A stretch of 64,000 bases of DNA from the NCBI GenBank assembly GCA_038141425.1, contig JAYQIC010000009.1:51775-115774 (forward strand), given 5' to 3'. Source of the stretch: Rhodospirillaceae bacterium (GTDB lineage Bacteria; Pseudomonadota; Alphaproteobacteria; UBA7985). The notes under the pieces were generated by a model. It was given only the letters and a program-made list of their open reading frames with translations, had not been told where the DNA came from and searched no databases. The position numbers and the translations under genes were made by a program. This document shows, piece by piece, positions 50,061 to 60,694 of the stretch; position 1 is the first letter of the stretch, and every line of letters starts with the position of its first letter.

Positions 50061-50863
50061 GCCTGACAGACACCCAGCGCGACGCCTTTGCCAAAGCCCT
50101 GTTCGACGCCGATCGCCGCCAGAGCCAGATTCCACTGATCAGCCAGCAGCACCCGGGGCTGGATATGGAAGACGCCTACGCCATTCAGGCGGCGCTGGTG
50201 CGCCGTTTCGTCGACGCCGGGCGGGTGATCCGCGGCTGGAAGATCGGCCTGACATCGAAGGCGATGCAGTACGCGCTCAACATCGATATTCCGGACAGCG
50301 GCGTGCTGTTCGAAGACATGTTCTTCGACAACGGCGGCGCAGTGCCGACCGAACGCTTTATCGTTACCCGGATCGAGGCGGAAATCTGCTTCATCATGAA
50401 AGACGACCTGCAAGGCCCGGGCGTCACGGCGGCAGACGTGATCGCGGCGACTGAAAGTGTCTGCCCGTCGCTGGAGATCCTCGACACCCGCATCATCCCC
50501 AAAGACCCCGACACCGGCGCCATCCGCAAGGTCACCGACACCATCAGCGACAATGCGGCCAATGCCGGGATCGTGCTGGGTGACGAGCGCCATGCCATCG
50601 ACGCCTTCGACCTGCGCTGGGTCGGCGCCATCGTCAGCCGCGACGGCGAGGTCGAGGAAACCGGGCTGGGTGCCGGCGTGCTCAATGACCCGGTGGAGGG
50701 CATCGTCTGGCTGGCCAACCGGCTGGCGCAGTACGGCGACAAGATCAGCGCCGGAGACGTGGTGCTTAGCGGGTCGTTCATCCGGCCGGTACAGGCCCCC
50801 AAGGGATCGCTGATCGAGGCCGATTTCGGCGACTTCGGACAGGTTTCCTGCCGCTTCGTCTGA
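50057..50863 (+). CDS. hpaH: 2-oxo-hept-4-ene-1,7-dioate hydratase
   Basis: DAYAIQ, GWKIGLTSKAMQ, RIEAEI, DTISDNAAN, EETGLGAGVL, LSGSFIRP. Confidence 0.92.
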   Translation: MSLTDTQRDAFAKALFDADRRQSQIPLISQQHPGLDMEDAYAIQAALVRRFVDAGRVIRGWKIGLTSKAMQYALNIDIPDSGVLFEDMFFDNGGAVPTERFIVTRIEAEICFIMKDDLQGPGVTAADVIAATESVCPSLEILDTRIIPKDPDTGAIRKVTDTISDNAANAGIVLGDERHAIDAFDLRWVGAIVSRDGEVEETGLGAGVLNDPVEGIVWLANRLAQYGDKISAGDVVLSGSFIRPVQAPKGSLIEADFGDFGQVSCRFV

Positions 50864-50919
50864 GCGGTTTTCCCCCGGATTCATTAAAGAAAACAGTTGC
50901 TTCATACCTGATTTACGAT

Positions 50920-50941
50920 AATCATTCACATATGAATGATT
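50920..50941. promoter_or_regulatory. Second HpaR-type operator, overlapping the start of the second MarR gene
   Basis: AATCATTCA-CATA-TGAATGATT: 9-bp inverted arms, 4-bp spacer. Confidence 0.75.
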
Positions 50942-51429
50942 TCGACATGAACAGTATCGATGCCTTGGGGCGAGCCAGCTTCGAAGCCAGCCTGCCGATG
51001 ATGCTCTACCGCGTGCTTGACGCGATCATGCCCGCTTACCGCGCGCTGTTCGCCGAATACGGGCTGACCGAGCAGCAGTGGCGGGTTCTGCGCACCCTGT
51101 GGGACAACGAAAGCCTGTCGAGCACCGACGTGGCTGCGCGTACCCTGATCCCGGCGGCGAGCCTGGTCGGCGTGCTGGACCGGCTGGAGCGCAAGGGGCT
51201 GATCGCCCGGATCCGCTCGGTCGAGGACCGCCGCGTGGTCATCGCCAAACTGACGGCCGAGGGGCGGGCGCTGGAGCGCCAGATCGCGCCCCGGCTTGAA
51301 GACATTCAGGCCTCAGTTCGGGCCTGCGTCAGCCCCGAGCAGTGGCAGGCACTCACGCAGATACTGAAGGAATTCGAAGCCGGGCCCCGGCCCGTCGCTT
51401 CGCAGGAGGAGGACCGACAGCATGCTTAA
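50932..51429 (+). CDS. Second HpaR-like MarR regulator
   Basis: SLPMMLYRVLDAIMP…GLTEQQWRVLRTL…ASLVGVLDRLE…DRR. Confidence 0.85.
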   Translation: MNDFDMNSIDALGRASFEASLPMMLYRVLDAIMPAYRALFAEYGLTEQQWRVLRTLWDNESLSSTDVAARTLIPAASLVGVLDRLERKGLIARIRSVEDRRVVIAKLTAEGRALERQIAPRLEDIQASVRACVSPEQWQALTQILKEFEAGPRPVASQEEDRQHA

Positions 51430-52908
51430 GACCAACCCAACCGGCGCCGGCAAGGGCGTCCGCACCGCCGCCGAATACCTCGCCGGGCTGCAGGATGACC
51501 GCGAGGTCTGGACCGGCGGTGAGCGGGTCAAGGACGTCACCACCCACCCGGCGACCCGCCGCGGGGCAGCGACGCTGGCCGGCTTCCTCGAACGCCAGTC
51601 CGACCCGGCGCTGGTCGACACCCTGACTTACGAGGACGAGGATGGCGACCGCTGCGCCATGGCGTTCATGCTGCCCAAGTCCAAGGAAGACGTGAAGCGA
51701 CGCGGCAAGGCTTACTACGAGTGGGCAACATGGTCGCACGGCATGTTCGGCCGGACCCCGATTATAAGAACGCCTCGCTGATGGCCTTCGCCGGTGCAGC
51801 GCAGTGGCTGGATCTGGGCACCGAGCGTGGGATGGGGAACCCTGACTTCACCCAGAACATGCGCAACTACTACGACTACGCGCGCAAAAACGATCTGGTG
51901 CTGACCCACACGCTGCTCAACCCGCACAAGTCCCACGCTGTTGCCGGGCAGGGGCGGTTTGACGACGAGGTTGCGCTGCACGTGGTCCGCGAGACCGATG
52001 CGGGGATCATCGTCAGGGGCGCGCGCCTGCTCGCCACCCTCGGGCCGACGGCGGACGAGATCGAGGTTTTTCCCTCGACCGTGCTCAAGGGTTCAGAGGA
52101 GAACATTCCCTTCGCCTTCGCCTTCGCCATTCCGATTGCCACCCCGGGGCTGAAGCTGCTGGCGCGCGATACCTATGATTTGGGCAAGAGCCATTTCGAC
52201 GCGCCGCTGTCCTCGCGGTTCGAAGAAATGGACGCCGTCGTTATCTTCGACGACGTGCTGGTGCCGTGGGAGCGGTTGTTCATGTACCGCGAGCCGGGCC
52301 TGTGCAACCAGGCCTTCGCCAAGACCAACGCGGTCGTTCACATGATGCACCAGGTCGCTTGCGGTAAGCTGGCCAAGGCCGAGTTCATGGTCGGCCTGAT
52401 GTCGGCGATCGCGCAGTCCTCGGCGCGTGACAAGGACCTGCACGTCAAGGGCATGATCGCCGAAGTGATGATGATGTGCGAGACGGTGCGGGCGCTGCTG
52501 TTCTCTGCGGAGGAGCAGGCACACGAAGACGAATGGGGCAACTGGATCCCGCTGCGTGGTCCGCTGGACACCTCGCGCAACCTGTTCCCCAAGATGTACC
52601 CGCGCATGGTTGAGATCCTGCAGCTGCTGGGTTCCAGCTCGCTGATGGCGACCCCGGCCGAGGCTGACTTCTCCAACGAAATTGCCCAGGACGTGGCCCG
52701 CTACTTTCAGCTTGCCAACCTCGAATCCCGCGATCGTGTGGCGCTGTTCCGGCTGGCGCACGATGTCTGCGTCAGCGGTTTTGGCAGCCGTCAGGCGCTG
52801 TACGAGCGGTTCTTCTTCGGCCCGCCCGCACTCATGCATTCGCTGTACTATGACCTCTATGACAAGGATCCGCTGATCGGCCGCGTCAACGAGCTGATCA
52901 AGGCTTGA
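51422..52908 (+). CDS. hpaB: 4-hydroxyphenylacetate 3-monooxygenase, oxygenase component (frameshift near 51,760)
   Basis: RTAAEYLAGLQDDREVW, GMFGRTPDY, LTHTLLNP, GARLLATLGP, SRFEEMDA, SRQALYERFF. Confidence 0.88.
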
Positions 52909-52948
52909 TGGAGGCTCCGGTCTTCCCCTAGTCTGGCGCGCAGTCAGT

Positions 52949-54190
52949 ATGGGGAAGACGCGCTTGAGCCTCGATCAGAATTTCCAGCCGCCACAGCAGC
53001 AGCGCTACGACGTGGTAATTGTCGGCGGCGCCATGTACGGCTCGTCGATCGCGTGGTGGACGGCGAGCAACCCCGACTTCGACGGTTCCATTCTGGTGGT
53101 CGAGCGCGACCCCAGCTACGCTTTCGCCTCGACCAGCCACACCAATTCCTGCATCCGCCAGCAGTTCAGCAACGAAATCAACGTCCGCATCTCACAGTTT
53201 GGTGCACACTTTGTCCGCAACTTCCGTGACTTCATGGGCGGAGACGAGCGGGTACCGGATATTGTGCTGCAGAGCTTCGGCTATCTGTATCTGGCCGATA
53301 ATCAGGCCTTCGCCGACCTGCTGAGCCAGAACCAGCAGATCCAGTCGGACCTTGGCGCGGGCACGCGCATGCTCAGCCGCGAGCAGATCGCGGCGCAATT
53401 CCCGTTCTATCAGCTCGACGACATCATCGCCGGCAGCCACAACCCGGTCGACGAGGGCTATTTCGACGGCGCGACTATCTTTGACTGGTGGCGGCGGTCG
53501 GCGCGGGAGCGTGGGGTCGAATACTGCACCAATGAAGTCGTTAGCATGGACCTCAACCCGGCGGGGTCAGCGGTTGATGCTGTGCGGCTGGCCACGGGCG
53601 AGACCATTGCCTGCGGGCAGGTGGTCAACGCCAGCGGCCCCCGGGCGGTGGAAACCGCGTGCATGATCGGTGCGGAACTGCCCGTGGAGCCGCGCAAGCG
53701 CTACACGTTCATCTTTGATGCCGCCGAGCCGCTGGATCAGGACTTGCCGTTGACCATCGACCCCAGCGGGGTGCACATGCGCACCGACGGGCGCTACTAC
53801 CTCGCCGGCAGTCCACCCGAAGAAGGCGACGATCCGGCCGTGGCCTACGACGACTTTGCAGCCGATCACGGGCTGTGGGAGAACAAGGTCTGGCCGGTGC
53901 TGGCCAGCCGCGTGCCCCAGTTCGAGCGGATCAAGCTGATCAACTCGTGGGTCGGGCACTATGCCTTCAACACCCTCGATCAGAACGCCATCATCGGCCC
54001 GCATAGCCGGGTCAGCAACTTTCTGTTTTCCAATGGTTTTTCCGGCCATGGCTTCCAGCAGTCACCGGCGCTCGGGCGCGGTCTGTCAGAGTGGCTGATC
54101 TATGGTGAATACCGAAACCTCGACCTCAGCCCCTTTGGCTTCGACCGGATCGAAGCCGGGCGTCCCTTCCTTGAAAAGGCAGTAATCTGA
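52949..54190 (+). CDS. FAD-dependent oxidoreductase, DAO/sarcosine-oxidase-beta-like family
   Basis: VIVGGAMYGSS, SCIRQQFS, VNASGP, PLTIDPSG, NGFSGHGFQQSPA. Confidence 0.85.
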   Translation: MGKTRLSLDQNFQPPQQQRYDVVIVGGAMYGSSIAWWTASNPDFDGSILVVERDPSYAFASTSHTNSCIRQQFSNEINVRISQFGAHFVRNFRDFMGGDERVPDIVLQSFGYLYLADNQAFADLLSQNQQIQSDLGAGTRMLSREQIAAQFPFYQLDDIIAGSHNPVDEGYFDGATIFDWWRRSARERGVEYCTNEVVSMDLNPAGSAVDAVRLATGETIACGQVVNASGPRAVETACMIGAELPVEPRKRYTFIFDAAEPLDQDLPLTIDPSGVHMRTDGRYYLAGSPPEEGDDPAVAYDDFAADHGLWENKVWPVLASRVPQFERIKLINSWVGHYAFNTLDQNAIIGPHSRVSNFLFSNGFSGHGFQQSPALGRGLSEWLIYGEYRNLDLSPFGFDRIEAGRPFLEKAVI

Positions 54191-54903
54191 TGACCTCTCC
54201 CTCCGAACAGCCCGTCGCTATGATCATCGGCGGGGGCAGCGGTATCGGCGCCGATGCAGCCAAGAAGATGCACGAGCTGGGCTACGCGGTTGCCATCCTG
54301 TCCTCCAGCGGTAAGGGCGAGGCGCTGGCGCAGTCGCTGGGCGGTTATGGCTTCACTGGCTCCAATCTTGAACCGGCCGATCTGAGCGCCTTTGTCGAGG
54401 GCGCGATGGCCCGGTTTGGCCGCATCGACGCGCTGATCAACTGCGCGGGTCACGGCCCCAAGGGACCGGTGCTGGAGATCAGCGACGAGGACTGGCATCT
54501 GGGGCTGGACTACTACCTGCTCAGCGTCATTCGCGCGACCCGGCTGGTGGCGCCGATCATGGTGGCTCAGGGCAGCGGCGCCATCGTCAATGTCTCCACC
54601 TTTGCCGTGTTCGAGCCGGACCCGGATTTTCCAACATCGGCCGTTTTCCGCGCCGGTCTGGCGGGCTTCACCAAGCTGTTTGCGGACAAGCACGCGGGCG
54701 ACGGGGTGCGGATGAACAACGTCCTGCCAGGCTTCATCGACAGCCTGCCGGAGAAGCCCGATCGCGTGGCGCGTATTCCCGCCGGGCGCTACGCCCGGGT
54801 GCGCGAGCTGTCGGAGAGCATCGCCTTTCTCGCCACCGATGCGTCGAGCTATATCACCGGGCAGAACCTGCGGGTGGACGGCGGGCTGACCCAGTCGGTC
54901 TAG
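54190..54903 (+). CDS. Atypical SDR oxidoreductase
   Basis: IGGGSGIG, NNVLPG, ITGQNLRVDGG; TSAVFR stands in place of YxxxK. Confidence 0.85.
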   Translation: MTSPSEQPVAMIIGGGSGIGADAAKKMHELGYAVAILSSSGKGEALAQSLGGYGFTGSNLEPADLSAFVEGAMARFGRIDALINCAGHGPKGPVLEISDEDWHLGLDYYLLSVIRATRLVAPIMVAQGSGAIVNVSTFAVFEPDPDFPTSAVFRAGLAGFTKLFADKHAGDGVRMNNVLPGFIDSLPEKPDRVARIPAGRYARVRELSESIAFLATDASSYITGQNLRVDGGLTQSV

Positions 54904-55393
54904 CCGTTGGACCGCACCGTTCAGTCGCCGGTCTGCCTGTCTTCCGTCTGCGGCTCTTTTTGGGCCCGAGGCCCAGGCGCGCTAGTTCCACCTTGGGACA
55001 TCGGTCCATGATCACTCGCAGGCCCAAAGCTTCAGCCCGGTCAGCGGCGGCTTCGTTGATCACGCCTTCCTGCATCCAGACCGCACGCAGGCCCAGCCGC
55101 TTGCGCTGGACCAGTGCCTCGTCGACGACACCGCCGGCCGCTTCGGCGTTGCGGAAAATATCGACCATCTCCACCGGTCCGGGAACCTCGGCGATGGACG
55201 CATAGACCGTCTGCCCGAGGATGGTCTGTCCGGCCAGACCGGGATTGACAGGGTGGACCTGATAATCCTGTTCGAGCAGGTAGGCCATGACCTTGAACGA
55301 GTCCCGCTCGGGGTTGGCGCTGGCGCCCACCAAAGCGATGTGCGGGGCGCTTTGGAGCACGTCGCGGATCAGGCTGTCGTCGTAGTCGGGCAT
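54854..55393 (-). CDS. CoA-binding protein, YccU-like (true end probably near 54,921)
   Basis: IALVGASANPERDS, PVNPG, VDIFR, VWMQEG, IMDRCPK; AGGAG RBS. Confidence 0.88.
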   Translation of the reverse strand: MPDYDDSLIRDVLQSAPHIALVGASANPERDSFKVMAYLLEQDYQVHPVNPGLAGQTILGQTVYASIAEVPGPVEMVDIFRNAEAAGGVVDEALVQRKRLGLRAVWMQEGVINEAAADRAEALGLRVIMDRCPKVELARLGLGPKKSRRRKTGRPATERCGPTARPTGSARRPPAGSAR

Positions 55394-55569
55394 GGGGTGG
55401 TCTCCTTCTGCGGGTGGTGCAGCGGTAAACTGTGAAGGCCGACGTCGCAATCCCCTGCGTTTTCGGCGGGTTTCGACCTAGACAAGCCTTGGCCGACGAA
55501 GGATGCTGCCCCCTCGGAAACAGTCCGCGCCAGCGCCTGCGCGCGCTCGCCGGACAGGAGGAGGATACC

Positions 55570-56580
55570 ATGAAAAAGCTTATTCTGGCGGCGACAGGTC
55601 TGCTGCTGATGACCACGGCGGCGGCGGCTCAGGAAGTCACTCTTCGCCTGCACCACTTCATGGGGGAGAAGGCGCCCCTGCACGGCAAGATGATGGTTCC
55701 GCTCGCGGCAGCCATCGAAGAGGCCTCTGAAGGCCGGATGACGGTCGAGGTTTTCTCAGGCATGTCTCTGGGCGGCCGCCCTGGTGATCTCTACGACCAG
55801 GCCGCTGACGGCGCGGTCGATATCGTTGTTACCCTGCCGGGCTACACCGCCGGTCGCTTTAACCGCTCTGAGGTCTTTGAACTGCCGTTCATGATGAAGG
55901 ACCCGGTTGCGACCGCTGAAGCCTACTACGATCTGATCACGCAAGAGTTGCAGGACGGCGAGTTCGAGGAAACCAAGATTCTGACCTCGTGGGTCCACGG
56001 CCCGGGCGTGCTGCACTCGAAGGAGCCGATCAGCAGCCTTGAAGACATGGTGGGGCAGGAAATGCGCGGCCCGACCCGCGTGGTCACCGACCTGCTGGGC
56101 GAGCTGGGCGCGACCCCTGTGGGCATGCCGCTGCCGCTGATCCCGGAAAACCTGTCCAAGGGCGTGATTTCCGGCACCGTGCTGCCGTGGGAAGTGACCC
56201 CGTCGATCCGTCTGGCCGAGCTGGTTTCCAACCACACCGAGCTGTCGGGTGACACCTCGCTGTACACGGCCGTGTTCATCATGGCGATGAACTGGGATTC
56301 CTACGAAGGCCTGCCTGATGATCTGCGCCAGATCCTCGATGACCACACCGGCAAGGGGCTGGCTGCCTCGACCGCTCAGGTTATGCTCGACGCCGATGCC
56401 GGTGGCCGTAACGTCGCCTCGGGAAACACCTTCATCACCCTTGATGGTGCTGAAGTCGAGCGCTGGAAGGCTGCAGCCCAGCCTGTGGTCGACCGTTGGG
56501 TCACCCGTGCTGGCGAAATGGGCTTCGATGGTGAAGCGGCCATTGCACAGGCACGCGCGCTGATCGACGCAAACCTGTAA
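55570..56580 (+). CDS. dctP: TRAP transporter substrate-binding protein
   Basis: AGGAGG RBS; signal peptide …AAAA-Q; TLRLHHF, DGAVDIV, GYTAGRF…FELPF, MRGP, LSKGVISG. Confidence 0.9.
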   Translation: MKKLILAATGLLLMTTAAAAQEVTLRLHHFMGEKAPLHGKMMVPLAAAIEEASEGRMTVEVFSGMSLGGRPGDLYDQAADGAVDIVVTLPGYTAGRFNRSEVFELPFMMKDPVATAEAYYDLITQELQDGEFEETKILTSWVHGPGVLHSKEPISSLEDMVGQEMRGPTRVVTDLLGELGATPVGMPLPLIPENLSKGVISGTVLPWEVTPSIRLAELVSNHTELSGDTSLYTAVFIMAMNWDSYEGLPDDLRQILDDHTGKGLAASTAQVMLDADAGGRNVASGNTFITLDGAEVERWKAAAQPVVDRWVTRAGEMGFDGEAAIAQARALIDANL

Positions 56581-56602
56581 TCCCACGCAAGCCGTGGCAA
56601 TG

Positions 56603-56639
56603 ACGCTGGCGCACGCTAAAGTGCGTCAGCGTTTTTTTT
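56603..56639 (+). terminator. Terminator-like hairpin between dctP and dctQ
   Basis: ACGCTGGCGCAC/GTGCGTCAGCGT stem followed by a T run. Confidence 0.75.
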
Positions 56640-56675
56640 GGGGTTACCGGCGGGTGAAAGGCGCAGGACTGACAG

Positions 56676-57343
56676 GTGTTTGCCGTACTTGATCGCTGGA
56701 TGGAGCGGGGTGCCGCCGGTATTGCGCTGGTGGGCGGGTTGGGCCTGATCCTCGCCATTTCGGTAACCTGCCTGAGTGTGGTGCTGAAGCTGGTTCGGCG
56801 CAGCCTCGATGCTGTGCTGGGGCGGTACTTCGAGACCCTGCCGTGGGGCGTTATCCGCCCGGTGCTGGGGGAGGAAGAGCTGGTTTCCTTCGCGGTTGGC
56901 TTCGCGCTGTTCGCGGCTTTGCCCTGGGTGATGCTTAAGAAGGGGCATATCCGCATCGATCTGCTCGAGCCATGGTTCGGCACCCGGTTAAACCGTTGGC
57001 TCGACCTGATCGGCGACCTTGCGCTGACGGTGATTGCCTACTTGATCATGACCCAGCAGTGGTACCTGATATTTAAGAAGGCCCGGCGTTCGCAGGACCC
57101 GCTGCTCGATCTGATTTTGCCGGTGACTGGACCACGGTTTTGGGGCGGGTGCGGGTGCGCGACGAGAGCCAGATCCTCGGTCTCAAGCTCTGGCCCCTGC
57201 ACATCCTCGCCGAGCTGTGCGTGACCCTGTTCTTCATCACGGCGGTCTACTGCTGCCTGCGCAGCGCGCGGGCGCTGCTGTGGCCTTCGGGCGATGGCGG
57301 GAAGGGTGCCGGAGACGGAACAGGGGAGGGCGGTCATGCCTGA
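56676..57343 (+). CDS. dctQ: TRAP transporter small permease (frameshift near 57,130)
   Basis: GEEELV, ALPW…KGHIRIDLL; four hydrophobic segments; overlaps the dctM start. Confidence 0.8.
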
Positions 57344-58687
57344 TCTCGTTACCGGTCTGTTCACCAACTTCCAGATTGGCCTGCTGTCGTTTCCGCTGCT
57401 GATCGCGCTGATCTTTCTGCGCATTCCACTCGCGGCGAGCATGTTCATCGTCGGTCTGCTCGGTACGTGGCTGCTGGCGGGCGATATGCGGATGATGAAC
57501 AACCAGCTCAAGACCTTCGCCTTCGGCACGCTGACCAACTATTCGTTTTCGATCATCCCGCTGTTCCTGCTGATGAGTGAATTCGCCACGCGCGCGGGCA
57601 TGTCACGGGCGCTGTTCAAAGCGGCGGAGGCGTGGCTGGGGCACCGGCGCGGCGGGGTCGCCATGGCGGCGATTGGCGCGTCCGCCGGCTTTGGCGCGGT
57701 CTGCGGCTCATCGCTGGCAACCGCCTCCTCTATGGGAAAGGCAGCGCTGCCGGAGTTGCAGCGGGCGGGGTACTCCGGGGCGCTGGCCACCGGTACGCTG
57801 GCCGCTGGCGGGACGCTGGGGATCCTGATCCCGCCGTCGGTGGTGCTGGTGATCTACGCCATTCTCGCCGAGGAAAACATCGCCAAGCTGTTCACCGCCG
57901 CCTTTATCCCCGGCGCGCTGGCCATGCTCGGTTACATGATCACGATCGGCGTCTATGTCCGGCTCAACCCCGGCGCCGAACGCACCCTGCCGCGCCTGCC
58001 CTATATCGAGCGCTTTCGCGCGCTGGGGCCGGTGTGGCCGGTGATGCTGATTTTCGCGCTGGTGATCGGCGGCATTTACACCGGGCTGTTCTCACCCACG
58101 GCAGCGGCGGCGGTCGGGGCCGGGGGAACGGCGATTCTGGCCTTCTTGAACGGCGGCGTCAGCCTGCAATCCTTGCGCGAATCCTGCTGGCGACAGCCAA
58201 GACCTCGGGCATGATCTTTTTCATCATCCTCTCTGCCGGGGTCTATAATTCGTTCCTGTCCTCGGCGCTGGTGCCGCAGACGCTGGCGGGGTTCTTCAGC
58301 GAGAGTGGGCTGAACCCATGGCTGATCCTGATCGGCATGCTGCTGCTTTACATCGTACTCGGGACGGTCATGGACTCGCTGGCCATGATCTTTCTCACCG
58401 TGCCGATTTTCATTCCCATCGTCGCCCAGCTCGATCTGGGGCTGAGCGCGGCTGAGGTTGGTATCTGGTTCGGGATTCTGGTGCTGATGTCGGCGGAGAT
58501 CGGGCTGATCACCCCGCCAGTGGGGCTCAATCTGTTCGTGATCAATGCCATGTCGCGGGACGTGAGCATTGCCGAGACCTATCGCGGAGCGCTGCCCTTC
58601 GTGGTCTCTGATATCATCCGCATCGCCATCCTCGTGGCCTTCCCGTTCATCACGCTGTTTCTGGTGCGGCTGTTCTATCCGTCCTGA
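57336..58687 (+). CDS. dctM: TRAP transporter large permease (frameshift near 58,190)
   Basis: IIPLFLLM, GAVCGSSLATA, GGTLGILIPPS, GLITPPVGLNLFV. Confidence 0.9.
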
Positions 58688-58702
58688 TGGAGGGATTGTG
58701 CC

Positions 58703-59433
58703 TCAGACAGCGAAGACCGCCCGTGCCGCCTGCCATAGCAGGCGAAGGGCAACCACGCTGACGATCAGCCGGAACACCAGCCGGAACAGGCCATCGCTGA
58801 TCCGGTGGCTGATGCGCTTGCCTGCCCACGCGCCGGCGAAGCCAACAGCGGTGGCAACGATGATGTGCGGAATGTAGGGGCGGAAGTCGAAGCCGAGCGA
58901 GCCGAAGCCCAGCACCTTGAACACGTCGGCTGAGAGCATGCAGAAGGCCAGCGTGCCGGTGAGGGCGCCCTTGGTCATTGGCGTGTTGATCAGCACGGCC
59001 TGCAGCAGCCCGCCCAGACCCAGCGTGGTGCCGAGAAAAGTATGGACGGCCCCCAGCGGCAGGAAGGGGATCCGCCGGTCCCGCAGCCAGATCGACGGCG
59101 GCACCCAGATCATCAGCAGCAGGATCAGCGCCAGCCCGACCCGCAGCGCGTTTTCAGGCAGCGCGAAGAACACCAGCGCCCGACCAGCGCGCCGACAATC
59201 GACCCAAGACCGAACATCAGGCAGATGCGCCAGTTGATCTCCGCCCGGAACAGGGCAATGCGGCCAACCAGCGAGCCGGCGGACGCCGGCCCCATCAGCG
59301 GGATGGCGACCGAGGGGGGGAACACCAGCGTCAATGTGGCGAGCACGATGAACACACCGCCGGTGGCGAAAGCTGCGTTGATGAAGGCCGCGATGAAGCA
59401 GCCGAAGCCAACAATAAGGATCGATGCATCCAT
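58703..59433 (-). CDS. TauE/SafE family membrane protein (frameshift near 59,180)
   Basis: Hydrophobic throughout; AAFINAAFATGG, FGLGSIVGALVG, AGAWAGKRI. Confidence 0.75.
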
Positions 59434-59468
59434 GTGGGTTGTTCCGTTGTTGTAGCAGGTTGCTCAGC

Positions 59469-60567
59469 TCATCGATGGTGTCGTTCAGAGACGCATTGCA
59501 GCGCGTGCAGCCAGTTGCAGCAAACTAGACAGGATCCTGCCGGCACGCCGCTGGCTACGGCTCGCGCGACGCAGATCAGCGACAAGGTATTCGATGGCCG
59601 GTTGGGCGCCCCGGTTTCTTTTGAACTGTTCAGCACCGGCACTCCAGTTGGCAAAGCGCTGACGCGATCGTGCGGTTGCATCGCTCAGGCTGACCAGCCA
59701 TCGATAGAGACCCAGTTTTTGGGGCAGGTCAGTGTCGTAACCGACCACCGGACTGACGATTGTCCCGTGTTGGTCGAACTGCCCCAGAACGCCGACCATT
59801 CTCCCACCGCATTCAGGGTCGAACAGGCCAGTGAGTTCAAAGCCGCAACGGTTCTGAAACTCTTAAAAAAAGCGACCAGTATATTGCGGGTTGAGGCGGC
59901 TGTATTTCTCGATGTAGAGCATCCGGTAGAGCCTGGCGGCCTGGTCAAAATCACTTTCACCAAACGTAGTTCCAGCCCGTTCGGTAAACCGGCCTTTCGA
60001 ACGAAGCCTAACATCTTGTTGATCATCGCGGGTGCGGAGCCAATCCTCTGGATAGGTGCGGAAAAATATTTTTCGGACGGGAAGCAGAGTCAGTCCTTCG
60101 CGGTCAAAGGCCTCAATGAGTGGACCGTGCGCTGCATCGTTTACGGAGCGCAGCACCGGAACAAAGCTACGATTACTATCGGACGCGGCCTCAAAAGCAT
60201 CCAGCCAGGCCTCAGGCCCGACTGGTGGCAGGATATTTGTCGACACCAGCCAGTTGTTGAGTTGTATCTGACGACCGAGTTGCATGGCCCGCACGACCGG
60301 TGAGGCTGCCCTAAGGGCTCCAGAACCAAGAGCGCGCAACAACGGATTTCGGGTAACTTGCAACAACTCGAATTGGCCGTATTCGAGATAGGCGGTAGAC
60401 GGGCAGCAGATGTAGCAGGTCGGACGTCGGCCATCGTTGATGGTCGTCGGCACCTCGAAGTCCCCGACGCGTGAGATCATCATTTCAGTCTCAAGGTTGG
60501 TGACGAGCGAGCTCGTTCCAGCCGTCTGCACCATCGAGACGAATTGGCGTGCTGAAGTGTCTTGCAC
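59469..60567 (-). CDS. Conserved hypothetical protein, probable GNAT/FemAB-like fold, divergent from the KAS III cassette (frameshifted)
   Basis: CYICCPSTAY, NNWLVSTN, VLRSVN, LYIEKYSRLNPQYT, PVVGYDTDLPQKLGLYR, FKRNRGAQPAIEY across adjacent frames. Confidence 0.65.
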
Positions 60568-60694
60568 CTTTGCTCTTTATCTTTGCCTTCGCCCGGTTTG
60601 GATATTTGGACAAAGACCTTACCAAGGCTGCTAGCGCTTCGCTAAGGTTGAATGCAATATAGCTTCTACAGTGATTCTGCGTGGAGGGTGCGAG

